Assembly (NCBI GenBank): GCA_038998335.1
Contig: JAVZHQ010000001.1
Span: 128,001-192,000, forward strand
Direction: 5' to 3'
DNA from: Candidatus Aenigmatarchaeota archaeon
Lineage (GTDB): Archaea > Aenigmatarchaeota > Aenigmatarchaeia > CG10238-14 > SCSR01
DNA: 64,000 bases
This document shows positions 18,674 to 28,134 of this stretch, piece after piece. Within the stretch, counting starts at the first letter, position 1; every line of letters starts with the position of its first letter. Position numbers and translations under genes: made by a program. The notes beneath the pieces were generated by a model. That model was not told the origin of the DNA. It did no database searches and worked only from the letters and a program-made list of their open reading frames with translations.

Positions 18674-19609
18674 TTAATTTCTACATTTGTTAATCGAGTA
18701 TTTCGAGCTTAACATTTCATTGTCAGTCATAACCTTTCCTGAAGATTTTATGTTTATTTTTGAGTACTCGGGTATAATAAATAACAATTTATGAATATTT
18801 TCATTGTAGAATTTTAAATTTGTTATCATCCTTTTCTTTATCCTTTTCTTTATCTCTTTTTTGCTTAATAAAAGCGGATCAAACTTTTTTGATCCAGCAA
18901 CAAAACCTGCACCAAAAGAATAGCCACGAACTATCGGGAAAACATTACTAACGGTTGCGTATATAGAACTAAAAGTATGAGAATTATAGAAAGGTGATGT
19001 GGCTTGTGTAACAAATATCCCATTTTTCTCCAATTTTCTTTTAACAATCTCGTAAAATTCTTTAGTGTATAGTCCAGCAGAAATTCCACACGGCGAAGGG
19101 TCTGTAGCATCGATAATTATACAATCAAATTTATCCGATTCTTCGATGAGATAGTTTCTTCCATCATTGAATATAACTTCTACTTTACTATTGTAAAAAG
19201 ATCCTTGATGAATTTCTTTTAAATATTTTTTGGCCACATCGACAACATCTTTACTTATTTCAACCATTTTTATTTTCTTAACAATATTATGTTTAAGTAC
19301 TTCACGGATAGTTCCACCTTCACCCCCACCAATTACTAGTACTTTTGATGGGCGCGGATGTGTTATCATTATAGGATGTACGAGGGTTTCATGGTAAATC
19401 CATTCATCGTTTAAAGAAGATTGTATTTGATTATTTAAAACAAAACAGATGCCTCTGTCATATGTCTCTACAATTTCAATTTTATGATACTTTGTTTTTT
19501 TTCTATAAATTACTTTTTTTATTCTATAAATGGTTGCCATCGTAGGTGTAATACAATCTAAAAGTATTTGTCCACTAAAATTATTTTCAGTTAGTTTATT
19601 CTTTTTCAT
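18674..19609 (-). CDS. speE: Polyamine aminopropyltransferase (spermidine synthase family)
   Basis: YHETLVHP, VLVIGGGEGG, DGR, IIIDATDP. Confidence 0.92.
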   Translation of the reverse strand: MKKNKLTENNFSGQILLDCITPTMATIYRIKKVIYRKKTKYHKIEIVETYDRGICFVLNNQIQSSLNDEWIYHETLVHPIMITHPRPSKVLVIGGGEGGTIREVLKHNIVKKIKMVEISKDVVDVAKKYLKEIHQGSFYNSKVEVIFNDGRNYLIEESDKFDCIIIDATDPSPCGISAGLYTKEFYEIVKRKLEKNGIFVTQATSPFYNSHTFSSIYATVSNVFPIVRGYSFGAGFVAGSKKFDPLLLSKKEIKKRIKKRMITNLKFYNENIHKLLFIIPEYSKINIKSSGKVMTDNEMLSSKYSINKCRN

Positions 19610-19647
19610 AATTTAATTTAAATAATTAAATTACTTAAAATAGTTCA

Positions 19648-19986
19648 ATGAAAATTAAAGAACTTTTGATAGATGCTTATAACTGTTCTGGAAACTTAAA
19701 CAATAGTAGACTATTGTTATCTATTTTAATCAAATCCGCAAAAAAAGTTGGTGCTAAGGTTGTAAACTGGTTGGTTCATAATTATAAACCTTTTGGAGTT
19801 AGTGTTGTAGTTTTGTTAGCAGAGAGTCATGTATCAGTATACACATGGCCAGAATATAAGTATGCAGCGATTGAAATATTCCTTTGTAACGAGAAAATGA
19901 ATCCGGAGCTCGTTTGGAAAAATATTAAAAAATATATTCGGCCCAAAAAATATTTTATCAAAAAAGTTTATAGAAGTGTTAAATAA
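19648..19986 (+). CDS. speD: S-adenosylmethionine decarboxylase proenzyme
   Basis: GVSVVVLLAESHVSVYTWPE, FLC. Confidence 0.88.
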   Translation: MKIKELLIDAYNCSGNLNNSRLLLSILIKSAKKVGAKVVNWLVHNYKPFGVSVVVLLAESHVSVYTWPEYKYAAIEIFLCNEKMNPELVWKNIKKYIRPKKYFIKKVYRSVK

Positions 19987-19994
19987 TGCTACTT

Positions 19995-20771
19995 TTACTC
20001 TTTTTCACTTAGAATTTTTCCGATAAATTTCTTCCAATTCCCAATACTTTTAACATCTTCAAGATGAACTTGAAATAATTTAACATACGGATTTCTTGTC
20101 TTTTTTGGTAAAGGAATGTTTAGTACGCGAAAGGTTATTATATCTGTTATGGCTTCGTTTATTTTTGATTCATCTTTCCTGTATTTTTTAGGAATTTGTT
20201 TGATTATTCTATTCATTAAATTTAAGTGCACGAGTTCATGCGTTATAGCAAGTTTTAATAATTTATTATCGTTGGTTCTTCCAATAGCAATTCCATTAGG
20301 AGGTACAGGTTCAGCACCAAATTTATACTCGAAAGAAAGTGCTTCTATCAAATAAATTTTAATTTCTCTTGGGAATGGTAAATTAGTAAAAGTTTCTATT
20401 TTATTTAAAGTATCGAGGACAAAATTTTTATCTATTTTTTTTGAAAAATTTTTAAGTTTTGGTTCAATCTCTTTTTTCCATAAGGGTTTATAAAGCCTAC
20501 TACTCTTAAGTAAAATTCTCTCTACTCTTTTTTCAAATTCACTCATACATTTTTTAAGACGTTTCTTTTTACCTATTGCTTTTTTAAAATACCAAGAAAT
20601 ATTTTGAGGGTCAAATTCCCATCCAAACTCTTTACTTAGTTTTTCAAAGTTTGAGAATTCTGTGGCATATTTTTGATTGAATCTTTGAGGAACGCTTCCG
20701 CTAAGCTTCTCAAGATGATAAAAAAGATTTAATTTAAAGTTGATTTCGACGCTAAGCTTGGTAGATTTCAT
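19995..20771 (-). CDS. HExxH-motif protein, putative gluzincin-like metallopeptidase
   Basis: THELVH followed by NEA about 20 aa downstream. Confidence 0.55.
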   Translation of the reverse strand: MKSTKLSVEINFKLNLFYHLEKLSGSVPQRFNQKYATEFSNFEKLSKEFGWEFDPQNISWYFKKAIGKKKRLKKCMSEFEKRVERILLKSSRLYKPLWKKEIEPKLKNFSKKIDKNFVLDTLNKIETFTNLPFPREIKIYLIEALSFEYKFGAEPVPPNGIAIGRTNDNKLLKLAITHELVHLNLMNRIIKQIPKKYRKDESKINEAITDIITFRVLNIPLPKKTRNPYVKLFQVHLEDVKSIGNWKKFIGKILSEKE

Positions 20772-20801
20772 AAATTATTTTAAATTTTTTAAAATTAATA
20801 A

Positions 20802-21752
20802 ATGAATATGCAAAAGAGTGATTTAAAAAAATTCGAGAAAGAAATTTATTTTAACATAAACTACAGAAGTACCTGTAATAATAACTGTCTATTTTGTGAT
20901 GCTGACGAAGGTTATGAACTAATAACTTCTCAAAAAATTTTTGAAATTCTAGAGAAAGAAAGAGTAGGGCCTAAAGATAGAGTAGTATATTGTGGAGGTG
21001 AGCCAACAACTCACCCAGAAATAATAGATATAGTTCAAGGTACATGTAAAAAGTATTCGTCAAATTTATATTTCTTGACAAATGGAAGAAAACTTTCGGA
21101 TTTGGAATTTTCGAAGAAGCTTTTAAAAAAAATAAAAGGTGGTTGTGTTTCCGTCCCTATTTATGGTTACACATCAAGTATGCACGATTATTTAACTCAA
21201 TCAAATGGAAGTTTTAAGGAAACTATTAAAGGGGTAACTAATTTATTTAAGTTAAGAGACGATTATGGGTTTGATTTTGAGATAGAACTTAAAGTATTAA
21301 TTTGTAAACCTACCTATAAGTATATCTCTAAGATTGTTAAATTCATACAAAAAAAATTTCCCCAACCTGACTATTTAGTAATAAGTTCTTTGGACATTTC
21401 AAATCGTGTTTTGGAAAATCTTGATAAAGTATTTGTAAGATTAAGTGAAGCATCTCCTTATCTTCGAGAAGCCATAGATATGATCGATGATAAAGAAAAC
21501 TTAGTTCTATATTTTATACCATTATGCATCCTAAAAGATGAAAAATATTTTCCAATAGCTAATAGTTTACGTGGAATCCTTTGTAAAGCTCCTACAAAGT
21601 ATTATGATCCGCGTAATCTCAACGGAATAGTAGGATATACGGAGAAATCAAAAAGCCCTAACTGTAAACTTTGTAAATATGATAATTTTTGTGATGGTCT
21701 ATGGAAAAGATATACAAATTTAGTTGGTTTTGGGGAGCTGGTACCTTTTTAA
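20802..21752 (+). CDS. Radical SAM protein, HxsC-like
   Basis: CNNNCLFC, GGEPT, TNG, HDYLT...GSF, C-terminal CKLC.....C. Confidence 0.8.
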   Translation: MNMQKSDLKKFEKEIYFNINYRSTCNNNCLFCDADEGYELITSQKIFEILEKERVGPKDRVVYCGGEPTTHPEIIDIVQGTCKKYSSNLYFLTNGRKLSDLEFSKKLLKKIKGGCVSVPIYGYTSSMHDYLTQSNGSFKETIKGVTNLFKLRDDYGFDFEIELKVLICKPTYKYISKIVKFIQKKFPQPDYLVISSLDISNRVLENLDKVFVRLSEASPYLREAIDMIDDKENLVLYFIPLCILKDEKYFPIANSLRGILCKAPTKYYDPRNLNGIVGYTEKSKSPNCKLCKYDNFCDGLWKRYTNLVGFGELVPF

Positions 21753-21776
21753 TTAGTACCAATTTAGCTTAATAAA

Positions 21777-22550
21777 CTAGCGTTTTTTTCCTATAGTTAA
21801 TATATCCATCCCAAGATTAATGAAAGGTTGTGTTTTTGCGAGAGATTCTTCTAAATTCAGATAATAATAAAGGTTGTCTATCAATTCTTTGGAATTTTCT
21901 AGAAAAAAGAAAAAAGGAATAAATGATATTCCTTCCATAGAAATTAAATAGAAATACTTTTTTATCAGAGAACTCAGTTCATTTGTATCGTAGAGCCGAA
22001 CTTCTAACTTTTTATCTCCTATGTAATGTGGATAAATTTTTGAGTTATTTTTAAGAGCTTCCAAATGTTTTTTATTCTGAAGTCTTATGTACGAGTATTT
22101 GGAATAGAAAGTAGATAAAAAAATACCATCCTTTCTTATAACTCTTTTGATTTCTTTAAGCACGGGTTCTATCCTTTTAACATAGTTTAGAGACCCGTAA
22201 ATACTCACTATACAATCAAACTCCTCATCTTTGAAATAATGCAATTTTGTTGCAGAAAGAACTTTGTAACTAACTTTGTTTTCAACCTCCTTGGGCAAAT
22301 TTTCTACAGCCTTCGTAATCATTTTTGTTGAAACATCTATTCCAGTAACGGTGCAATTCCTCTTTTGAGCAAGATATATGCTAGGGAAACCAGTCCCACA
22401 ACCGATGTCGAGAACTTTAGAATTTTTGGGAATATATTTGTCTAATATACGTTTAACTCTTTCTCTATAGAAGATTTGATAAGGTCTTTCCATCAAGTTG
22501 TCGTAGTGAGGTGCAAATGAATTATAAGCTTTTTTTACTCTTTCCATCAT
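21777..22550 (-). CDS. Class I SAM-dependent methyltransferase
   Basis: VLDIGCGTG, GIDVS, FDCIV. Confidence 0.9.
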   Translation of the reverse strand: MMERVKKAYNSFAPHYDNLMERPYQIFYRERVKRILDKYIPKNSKVLDIGCGTGFPSIYLAQKRNCTVTGIDVSTKMITKAVENLPKEVENKVSYKVLSATKLHYFKDEEFDCIVSIYGSLNYVKRIEPVLKEIKRVIRKDGIFLSTFYSKYSYIRLQNKKHLEALKNNSKIYPHYIGDKKLEVRLYDTNELSSLIKKYFYLISMEGISFIPFFFFLENSKELIDNLYYYLNLEESLAKTQPFINLGMDILTIGKKR

Positions 22551-22573
22551 TCCATATTTTTAAGGCTAATAAA

Positions 22574-23899
22574 TTAAAATGTAATTTCTTTAGTCCAAGG
22601 ATCTTTATAGTTGTTGATAATGAAATTTAATAAGAATTTGTAGTATCCTTTTATAAATTTACAGAAAGGAGAAGGTTTAAAAGTATCATTATAAAAATGC
22701 AAGCATTCACCAGGACAACCACCGTTACAAAAAAATTGCCATGGACAGCTTGTACATTCTTTTATCGTACTTGCAGCTCTTAATGGAAATTTAATAAAAT
22801 TTTTATAAGCTTCCTGAAAAGAATTCAATTCAGTTACATTACCAAGTTTAAATGTAGGTATTTGAAGTCGGGTGCAAGGATATAAATTCCCATTTATATC
22901 AACAAAATACATTCTTAACCCTGCAGCGCACCCTCTCGATAAACATATATTTTTATCATACATCCTTGTTAAGTTGTCGAAGTACTCGTCTAAAAGTTTT
23001 GACTTACAGCCTTTTCTTTTAAGTTTGTATGCTTCTAGAAAAATCCTCTTTTTAATAGTAAGAAATTCTTCAGGAGAAATAAGTAATGAAGCATTTTGTT
23101 TCGCCCTCCCCATTAAAATTATGTAATTGAACCTAGAGGCAGAAATGTTAAGATCAAGCCATAAATGACGTAAAATACCTTCTGGCTCCTTCATATTAAA
23201 CTTGTGGAAAGTAGTAATAGAAGATATCCAATTGAAACCAGCATTTCTTAAATTTTCAATAGCTTTAATTACATTATCGTAGCTTCCTCTACCGTTCTCG
23301 TAAATTCTCGCTGAGTTATGTTCAAATTCACGACCATCAATACTTATACCAACTTTTATATCATACTCTTTAAGTTTTTTTGCAATCTTAGGTGTCAAAA
23401 TTGTCCCATTTGTTTCGATATTAACTTTTAACTCCGCAAGATCTTTTTTTAACTCTCTAATTTTATTTATTAACCACTCAATTTTTTTCCATTCTAATAA
23501 AGGTTCACCTCCAGAAGGTTGAATTCCTATTCGCTTATTAGGTAATTTTGCAATTAACTCAGCAATTCTCTCGAGAGTTTCTTTTTTCATACTTTTTCCC
23601 TTTCCAGCATCGGCATAACAGTATTTACACCTTAATGTACATTTCTTAGTAAGTTCGATCTCTATAAGTGTTGGGTTAAAGTCATATCTCTTTACAGAAA
23701 CTGGCCGAAGTTGTCCGTCTAACTTTATTATACCTCTCCAAAAAAATTTTCGAATAAGATTTTCATTCCATTCATTATTTGTAAACTTCCTATAAATATC
23801 ATTAGAAATATGTACCCAACCTCCTGTTAGATGAGAAAATATCACATAACCATTTTTAGTTTTCCATGAAGAATAAGGGAGTACTTCTACTTTTACCAT
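22574..23899 (-). CDS. Radical SAM/SPASM peptide maturase with N-terminal RRE-like extension
   Basis: CTLRCKYC, GGEPLL, ETNG, SIDG; SPASM Cys pattern CLSRGCAAG...GNLYPC...CTSCPWQFFCNGGCPGEC...FC. Confidence 0.9.
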   Translation of the reverse strand: MVKVEVLPYSSWKTKNGYVIFSHLTGGWVHISNDIYRKFTNNEWNENLIRKFFWRGIIKLDGQLRPVSVKRYDFNPTLIEIELTKKCTLRCKYCYADAGKGKSMKKETLERIAELIAKLPNKRIGIQPSGGEPLLEWKKIEWLINKIRELKKDLAELKVNIETNGTILTPKIAKKLKEYDIKVGISIDGREFEHNSARIYENGRGSYDNVIKAIENLRNAGFNWISSITTFHKFNMKEPEGILRHLWLDLNISASRFNYIILMGRAKQNASLLISPEEFLTIKKRIFLEAYKLKRKGCKSKLLDEYFDNLTRMYDKNICLSRGCAAGLRMYFVDINGNLYPCTRLQIPTFKLGNVTELNSFQEAYKNFIKFPLRAASTIKECTSCPWQFFCNGGCPGECLHFYNDTFKPSPFCKFIKGYYKFLLNFIINNYKDPWTKEITF

Positions 23900-24189
23900 A
23901 CTATTCCCATCTCTATAAGCTCGTCTAAAATTTTACTAGCATTATTTTTAAAGTAAGGTTTAAGTATATTAAGGATTTGGTATTTTTTCAATTTTCCCTT
24001 TTCTAATTTTTGGAATAATTTTTCCAAACAAGGTGAGTATTCTACTTCAAAAACTCGTGATGCGTGATCGTCTAACAAAAATATTTTTGATTCTTTAATA
24101 ATAACCCTAACCGCGGGTGATAATTTAAATGTAGATAAATTTTTACCTGTAATTATTTCTACATGAGAAAAGGGCCTTTCTATTATCAT
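23893..24189 (-). CDS. Small PqqD/RRE-like protein (tentative)
   Basis: 98 aa; beta-strand-like segment then helices ending ILDELIEMGIV; between the peptide and the rSAM. Confidence 0.55.
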   Translation of the reverse strand: MIIERPFSHVEIITGKNLSTFKLSPAVRVIIKESKIFLLDDHASRVFEVEYSPCLEKLFQKLEKGKLKKYQILNILKPYFKNNASKILDELIEMGIVW

Positions 24190-24207
24190 AAATTATCATA
24201 TAAAGAT

Positions 24208-24372
24208 TTAGGTAGTTGTAGACCAGTTAAGCCAGTAGGCTTTTATAGGAACATCAGAAGGCTGAAGATCCTCGTAGCTTATTTCTTTGCAATAGGTGAA
24301 GGGCACACTTCTAAACTCATTCTGCAAGGACAACTTTTTATCTTTTATTGAGATTTTATACGCTTCTTCCAT
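24208..24372 (-). CDS. Putative RiPP precursor peptide, 54 aa (not in ORF track): MEEAYKISIKDKKLSLQNEFRSVPFTYCKEISYEDLQPSDVPIKAYWLNWSTTT
   Basis: Translated by hand, ATG to TAA; TATA-like TTATAAATA at 24395-24403; first gene of the rSAM operon. Confidence 0.8.
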   Translation of the reverse strand: MEEAYKISIKDKKLSLQNEFRSVPFTYCKEISYEDLQPSDVPIKAYWLNWSTTT

Positions 24373-24457
24373 AAATTATAAAAATTACTTAAAATATTTA
24401 TAAGTTACGGATATAAAGGTGCCTTTAAATTTGTAATCTCAACTTAGAAAATACTTG

Positions 24458-24829
24458 TTATAAAATTACAACGTTTGGTAAATCCTTAAAATGCAAGTCT
24501 CCTGTGACTATCTTTAAACCAAAAACCAAGCTGGAAGCCAAAATAAAAGAATCTAGCATACCCCAATTTTTGACTACTTTTTTCCTGTAAAAATTTATTT
24601 TTCCAGCTGAAACGCTTGTAGCTTCGTCTAAAGTTAAAATGGTTGAAAGTTCCTTTATCTTTTTAACAAATTTTTCTGGAGTTTCACCACATCTCAAACA
24701 ACATTCAGCTATTTCAGCAAGCGAAACAATACTAGTAAAACACCTTTTTTCCTCTAGAATTTTCTTTACTTTTTTTCCTTTTTCACTTCCGTTAAAAAAC
24801 TCAACCCAAGCATGAGTATCCAAAAGCAT
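24458..24829 (-). CDS. vapC: VapC/PIN-domain toxin
   Basis: LLDTHAW, SLAE, DSFILA, TGDLHF. Confidence 0.9.
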   Translation of the reverse strand: MLLDTHAWVEFFNGSEKGKKVKKILEEKRCFTSIVSLAEIAECCLRCGETPEKFVKKIKELSTILTLDEATSVSAGKINFYRKKVVKNWGMLDSFILASSLVFGLKIVTGDLHFKDLPNVVIL

Positions 24830-24832
24830 AAA

Positions 24833-25036
24833 TCATCCTTTATGTTCTCTTTCAAACTTCAACTTTCCTTTAGCAATTCCGAAGGCTTTTTCAACAGCTT
24901 TTTTGTCTGGTTTTAACAAGGCTATCTCCACCTCTTCCCCCTCTTTAACATTTTGCTCTACAGCTATTTTCTTAGGTATTAAAACTCCTAAAGAAGTTCC
25001 AACTACTCTTATTTTTGTTTTGAACACTTCTGGCAT
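24833..25036 (-). CDS. AbrB/MazE-type antitoxin
   Basis: KIRVVGTSLGVLIPK...EGEEV; directly upstream of the PIN gene. Confidence 0.88.
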   Translation of the reverse strand: MPEVFKTKIRVVGTSLGVLIPKKIAVEQNVKEGEEVEIALLKPDKKAVEKAFGIAKGKLKFEREHKG

Positions 25037-25184
25037 CTATTATAATTTATTATAATTTCTATTTAAACTTTTCTTACCACTAAAAGTAGCAGTTTTGAAT
25101 TTTTACCTACAGAAAACTTTAAAAATTAAGGAGAATATTTAATTTTACCAAGTTGATGACTTTTTTTGAGATTTTGGTGTTAGT

Positions 25185-26147
25185 ATGAGCGAACTGATAA
25201 GCCTAGAAAAGGAAGCGAAAGTTTGCTCCGAGCTACTCAAAAAAATAAGGGATTTGGGGGCAAGGGTTCCGACTAATCATGATGCTTACGTTTCTACAGT
25301 GGAAGAATTTAAAAGAGTACTCTCGCAACTTTACGAAACGACAAGATTATGCTCAGATATTCCAGAAGAATGGAAGGAAAAAAGAAGCGAAAGAATAAAA
25401 GGAGCTATGAGGTTTAGCGAAAAGATAGTTTCAGAAGAAGACATAACTCAGTGGACTTTTCACTTATCACCTCTTAGGGCTCAAACTTTAAACTTATGCA
25501 TGGCTCCGATTTACATGAGCAGGATTTACAAAACAAACGCTTGGCTAAGGAATTTTAGGATAAGAGGAATTCAAAGAGAGCTTTTAATCGATTCCTTAAG
25601 CTACGCTTCAAGTTATGAAAAAAGAAAGATTCTTGAAATTGAAGAAAGAGCAAGGAAAGGAGAAGAAGTAAACCCAAGAATAATGATATCAAAGGCAAAG
25701 TACGATACAAGCCCCTTTGGCCAAGGAAAAATCGTTTATTCCTTTTCTCAGTTCATCGAGCCCTCGATTATTTTACTTAACCAGCCTTTAAACAAAATAG
25801 AAGAAATAAAGAAAAGGATAAATTCCCTAGCTCTTATGCCAGACGTAAAATCCTTGCTCTTAAACAACATAAGAAAGTACAGAATAGAGGAAGTCTACCC
25901 AGGGCCTTACATTTTAACTTTAATAGAAAGCAGAAAAGAAGAAATGACTCAAGTCTTAAGAGAGTACATTTCAAGAATTCCTGCTGCAAGAAAAAGGTTG
26001 TGCAACCCAGTTTTCATCTGGCAATTTTTCTTCGACGCAATCTTCTACGATAAAAAAATGCAAGTTTTAGACTGTTACTTAATCCCATTAGGTTATAAAA
26101 AAGAAGAAACAAAAGTTGAGCAAGAAAAGCTTCCTTATGTTTCTTAA
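25185..26147 (+). CDS. Hypothetical protein
   Basis: 320-aa ORF, no recognised motif. Confidence 0.7.
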   Translation: MSELISLEKEAKVCSELLKKIRDLGARVPTNHDAYVSTVEEFKRVLSQLYETTRLCSDIPEEWKEKRSERIKGAMRFSEKIVSEEDITQWTFHLSPLRAQTLNLCMAPIYMSRIYKTNAWLRNFRIRGIQRELLIDSLSYASSYEKRKILEIEERARKGEEVNPRIMISKAKYDTSPFGQGKIVYSFSQFIEPSIILLNQPLNKIEEIKKRINSLALMPDVKSLLLNNIRKYRIEEVYPGPYILTLIESRKEEMTQVLREYISRIPAARKRLCNPVFIWQFFFDAIFYDKKMQVLDCYLIPLGYKKEETKVEQEKLPYVS

Positions 26148-26791
26148 TCTTTTATCTCAAAGTCATACTCAGGGTATTCTTCTTCTTCCTCTATCCCGTT
26201 AATTATTTCCTTTAACTCATAATGCTTTATCGGTACACGACCCCAAGGAGCTATGTTTCTCAATTTTTCTATTTTTTCAGGAGGTAAGGCTTCTAATGGA
26301 TTTTTAGATGGAATTGGGTATAAAGTTATTTCTGCTCCATAAACAACTGGCTCTCCTTTTTCAACAGCATAGTGCAATAGCAAACATCTTTTTTTGGCAC
26401 TAGCTATTTGCGGGTCAGTCAAATCATCTTCCAAATTTCTTAAAATCTTTCTCAGAACTTCTGGGCTAGTCCTTTCAAGATATTCTAAAGAGTCTGTCGG
26501 CACATCTATTCTGTTTTCTCTGCAATAACTCAAAATTCTTGCAAGCAGAATATCTCTTTCCTCGCAAGCATTTTCTATTTCTTTTATCTTTTCTCCTAAA
26601 CCATTTTTTTCGCAAGTTAATACTATAGTTTCTCTTTCATCGTAAGGATAAGATGTGTAAAGTTTGTACTCTTCTACTTTTTTTACTTTTCCGTCTACTA
26701 AAACCTCTTTTTCTTCTGACTTGATTGCATATACTTCTTTTTTATACAGCCTTTTTATCAGCTTTCCCAAGATTCTTATCTGCTCTATCAT
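26144..26791 (-). CDS. Hypothetical protein
   Basis: ORF; likely start MIEQIR at 26791. Confidence 0.65.
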   Translation of the reverse strand: MIEQIRILGKLIKRLYKKEVYAIKSEEKEVLVDGKVKKVEEYKLYTSYPYDERETIVLTCEKNGLGEKIKEIENACEERDILLARILSYCRENRIDVPTDSLEYLERTSPEVLRKILRNLEDDLTDPQIASAKKRCLLLHYAVEKGEPVVYGAEITLYPIPSKNPLEALPPEKIEKLRNIAPWGRVPIKHYELKEIINGIEEEEEYPEYDFEIKD

Positions 26792-26937
26792 ACTAAATAA
26801 AATTAAGTGAAATAAGCTTAAAAACTTTTGTTTTTTAAACAAAAACACATGCAAACACTTAAAAAATTTTTATAACTACCTAAAAGTTAGAACTAACTTT
26901 ACTTAACTTAAATAAATTCAGAGATTAATTATATAGT

Positions 26938-27639
26938 ATGGGTTTTAAAAGCAAAAAAGGTCAATTCTTTCCTTATACAGACTCAGCTCCAAGAAAAACT
27001 TTCCCAATTTTAACAATTCTTTTAATAATTCTAAACGTTTCGATTTTTATCTGGAGCCTAACTTCAGAAGAAGTTCCTTATGTTATTGAAGGCAAGCGTG
27101 TATTAATTCCAGAAGTTTACATAAGGTATGGTTTTATTCCAGCAAAATTTTCCTTTTTCTCTTTTTCATCGATAGCAACGATTTTCACTTCTATGTTTTT
27201 GCATGGCGGCATAGACCACATTTTTGGAAACATGTGGTACCTTTGGATTTTTGGTGATAACGTTGAGGATAAGCTAGGAAAAATAAAGTTTCTTTTGCTC
27301 TACTTTCTCTCAGGAATAGGAGCAACTTTCCTTCACTACATAACAAACTTAAACTCAGAAATTCCTGCAATAGGAGCTTCCGGAGCAATTTCAGGAATTC
27401 TAGGCTCTTACTTGCTTCTTTTCCCAAGAGAAACGATTTTAACAAGGTTTGGCTATATGTTTGTAAGAATCCCAGCTTTCATAGTCATAGGCTTTTGGTT
27501 TTTTATTCAGTTTCTCTTTGGTACTATAAGCTTTCTTGGAGGAATAGGAAGCGGAATCGCTTTTTTTGCCCATGTTGGTGGTTTTATCTTCGGCTTTCTT
27601 TTCACTTTAATTCTCAAAAATTCTCAGAGTGAATTTTGA
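26938..27639 (+). CDS. Rhomboid intramembrane serine protease
   Basis: MFLHGG..HIFGNM, GASGAISG, AHVGG. Confidence 0.93.
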   Translation: MGFKSKKGQFFPYTDSAPRKTFPILTILLIILNVSIFIWSLTSEEVPYVIEGKRVLIPEVYIRYGFIPAKFSFFSFSSIATIFTSMFLHGGIDHIFGNMWYLWIFGDNVEDKLGKIKFLLLYFLSGIGATFLHYITNLNSEIPAIGASGAISGILGSYLLLFPRETILTRFGYMFVRIPAFIVIGFWFFIQFLFGTISFLGGIGSGIAFFAHVGGFIFGFLFTLILKNSQSEF

Positions 27640-28133
27640 TAAACTACTCTATGAAAACCCTTTGCCTTTTCTATTAAACCAAAATAAGGTTTTATATCGT
27701 CTGGAAAAACCCATGTCCTTTCTTTTTCAGGAACTCCTGTAGGGTCAACAACAAATTTTTTTCCTTCAAAAGAAAGCATCAGCAAGAAGAAATGCCTATC
27801 ATCATAATTTTTCAAGACAATTTCATAAAAATAATTTTTTGCACAAGACTCTTTCAAAGTTTGTTTTGCTAACTCAATAACTTTCGGAATGTATCTACAT
27901 AAGCCAGGCCTCCAAGCATAGCCAGTTTTTTTACACAATTTTTCAAGAAAATCTTTTACCGCTTTTCTCTCCTCTTTTTTTAATCCACTCTTTTCAAAAT
28001 ACTTTGAAAATTTATCAAAACTTTCGCTTCTTGATTTTTCAATCATTTCTTCTACCAACTTGCTATCATAAAGAGATGGTTTAAAAACCTCTTCGCTAAA
28101 TATTTCAATCAATTCTTCTAGCTTACTTTTCAT
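27624..28133 (-). CDS. Hypothetical protein, possible transglutaminase/papain-like fold
   Basis: GLC...HFFL...VVDPT spacing. Confidence 0.5.
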   Translation of the reverse strand: MKSKLEELIEIFSEEVFKPSLYDSKLVEEMIEKSRSESFDKFSKYFEKSGLKKEERKAVKDFLEKLCKKTGYAWRPGLCRYIPKVIELAKQTLKESCAKNYFYEIVLKNYDDRHFFLLMLSFEGKKFVVDPTGVPEKERTWVFPDDIKPYFGLIEKAKGFHRVVYQNSL

Positions 28134-28134
28134 A

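Noticed and set aside
18431-18712. 93-aa ORF with several Cys as a second precursor
   Set aside because: No recognisable motif or clear promoter, and it overlaps the speE end; not supportable from sequence alone.
24163-24351. 62-aa plus-strand ORF
   Set aside because: It is the antisense shadow of the precursor peptide, which has the TATA box and operon orientation.
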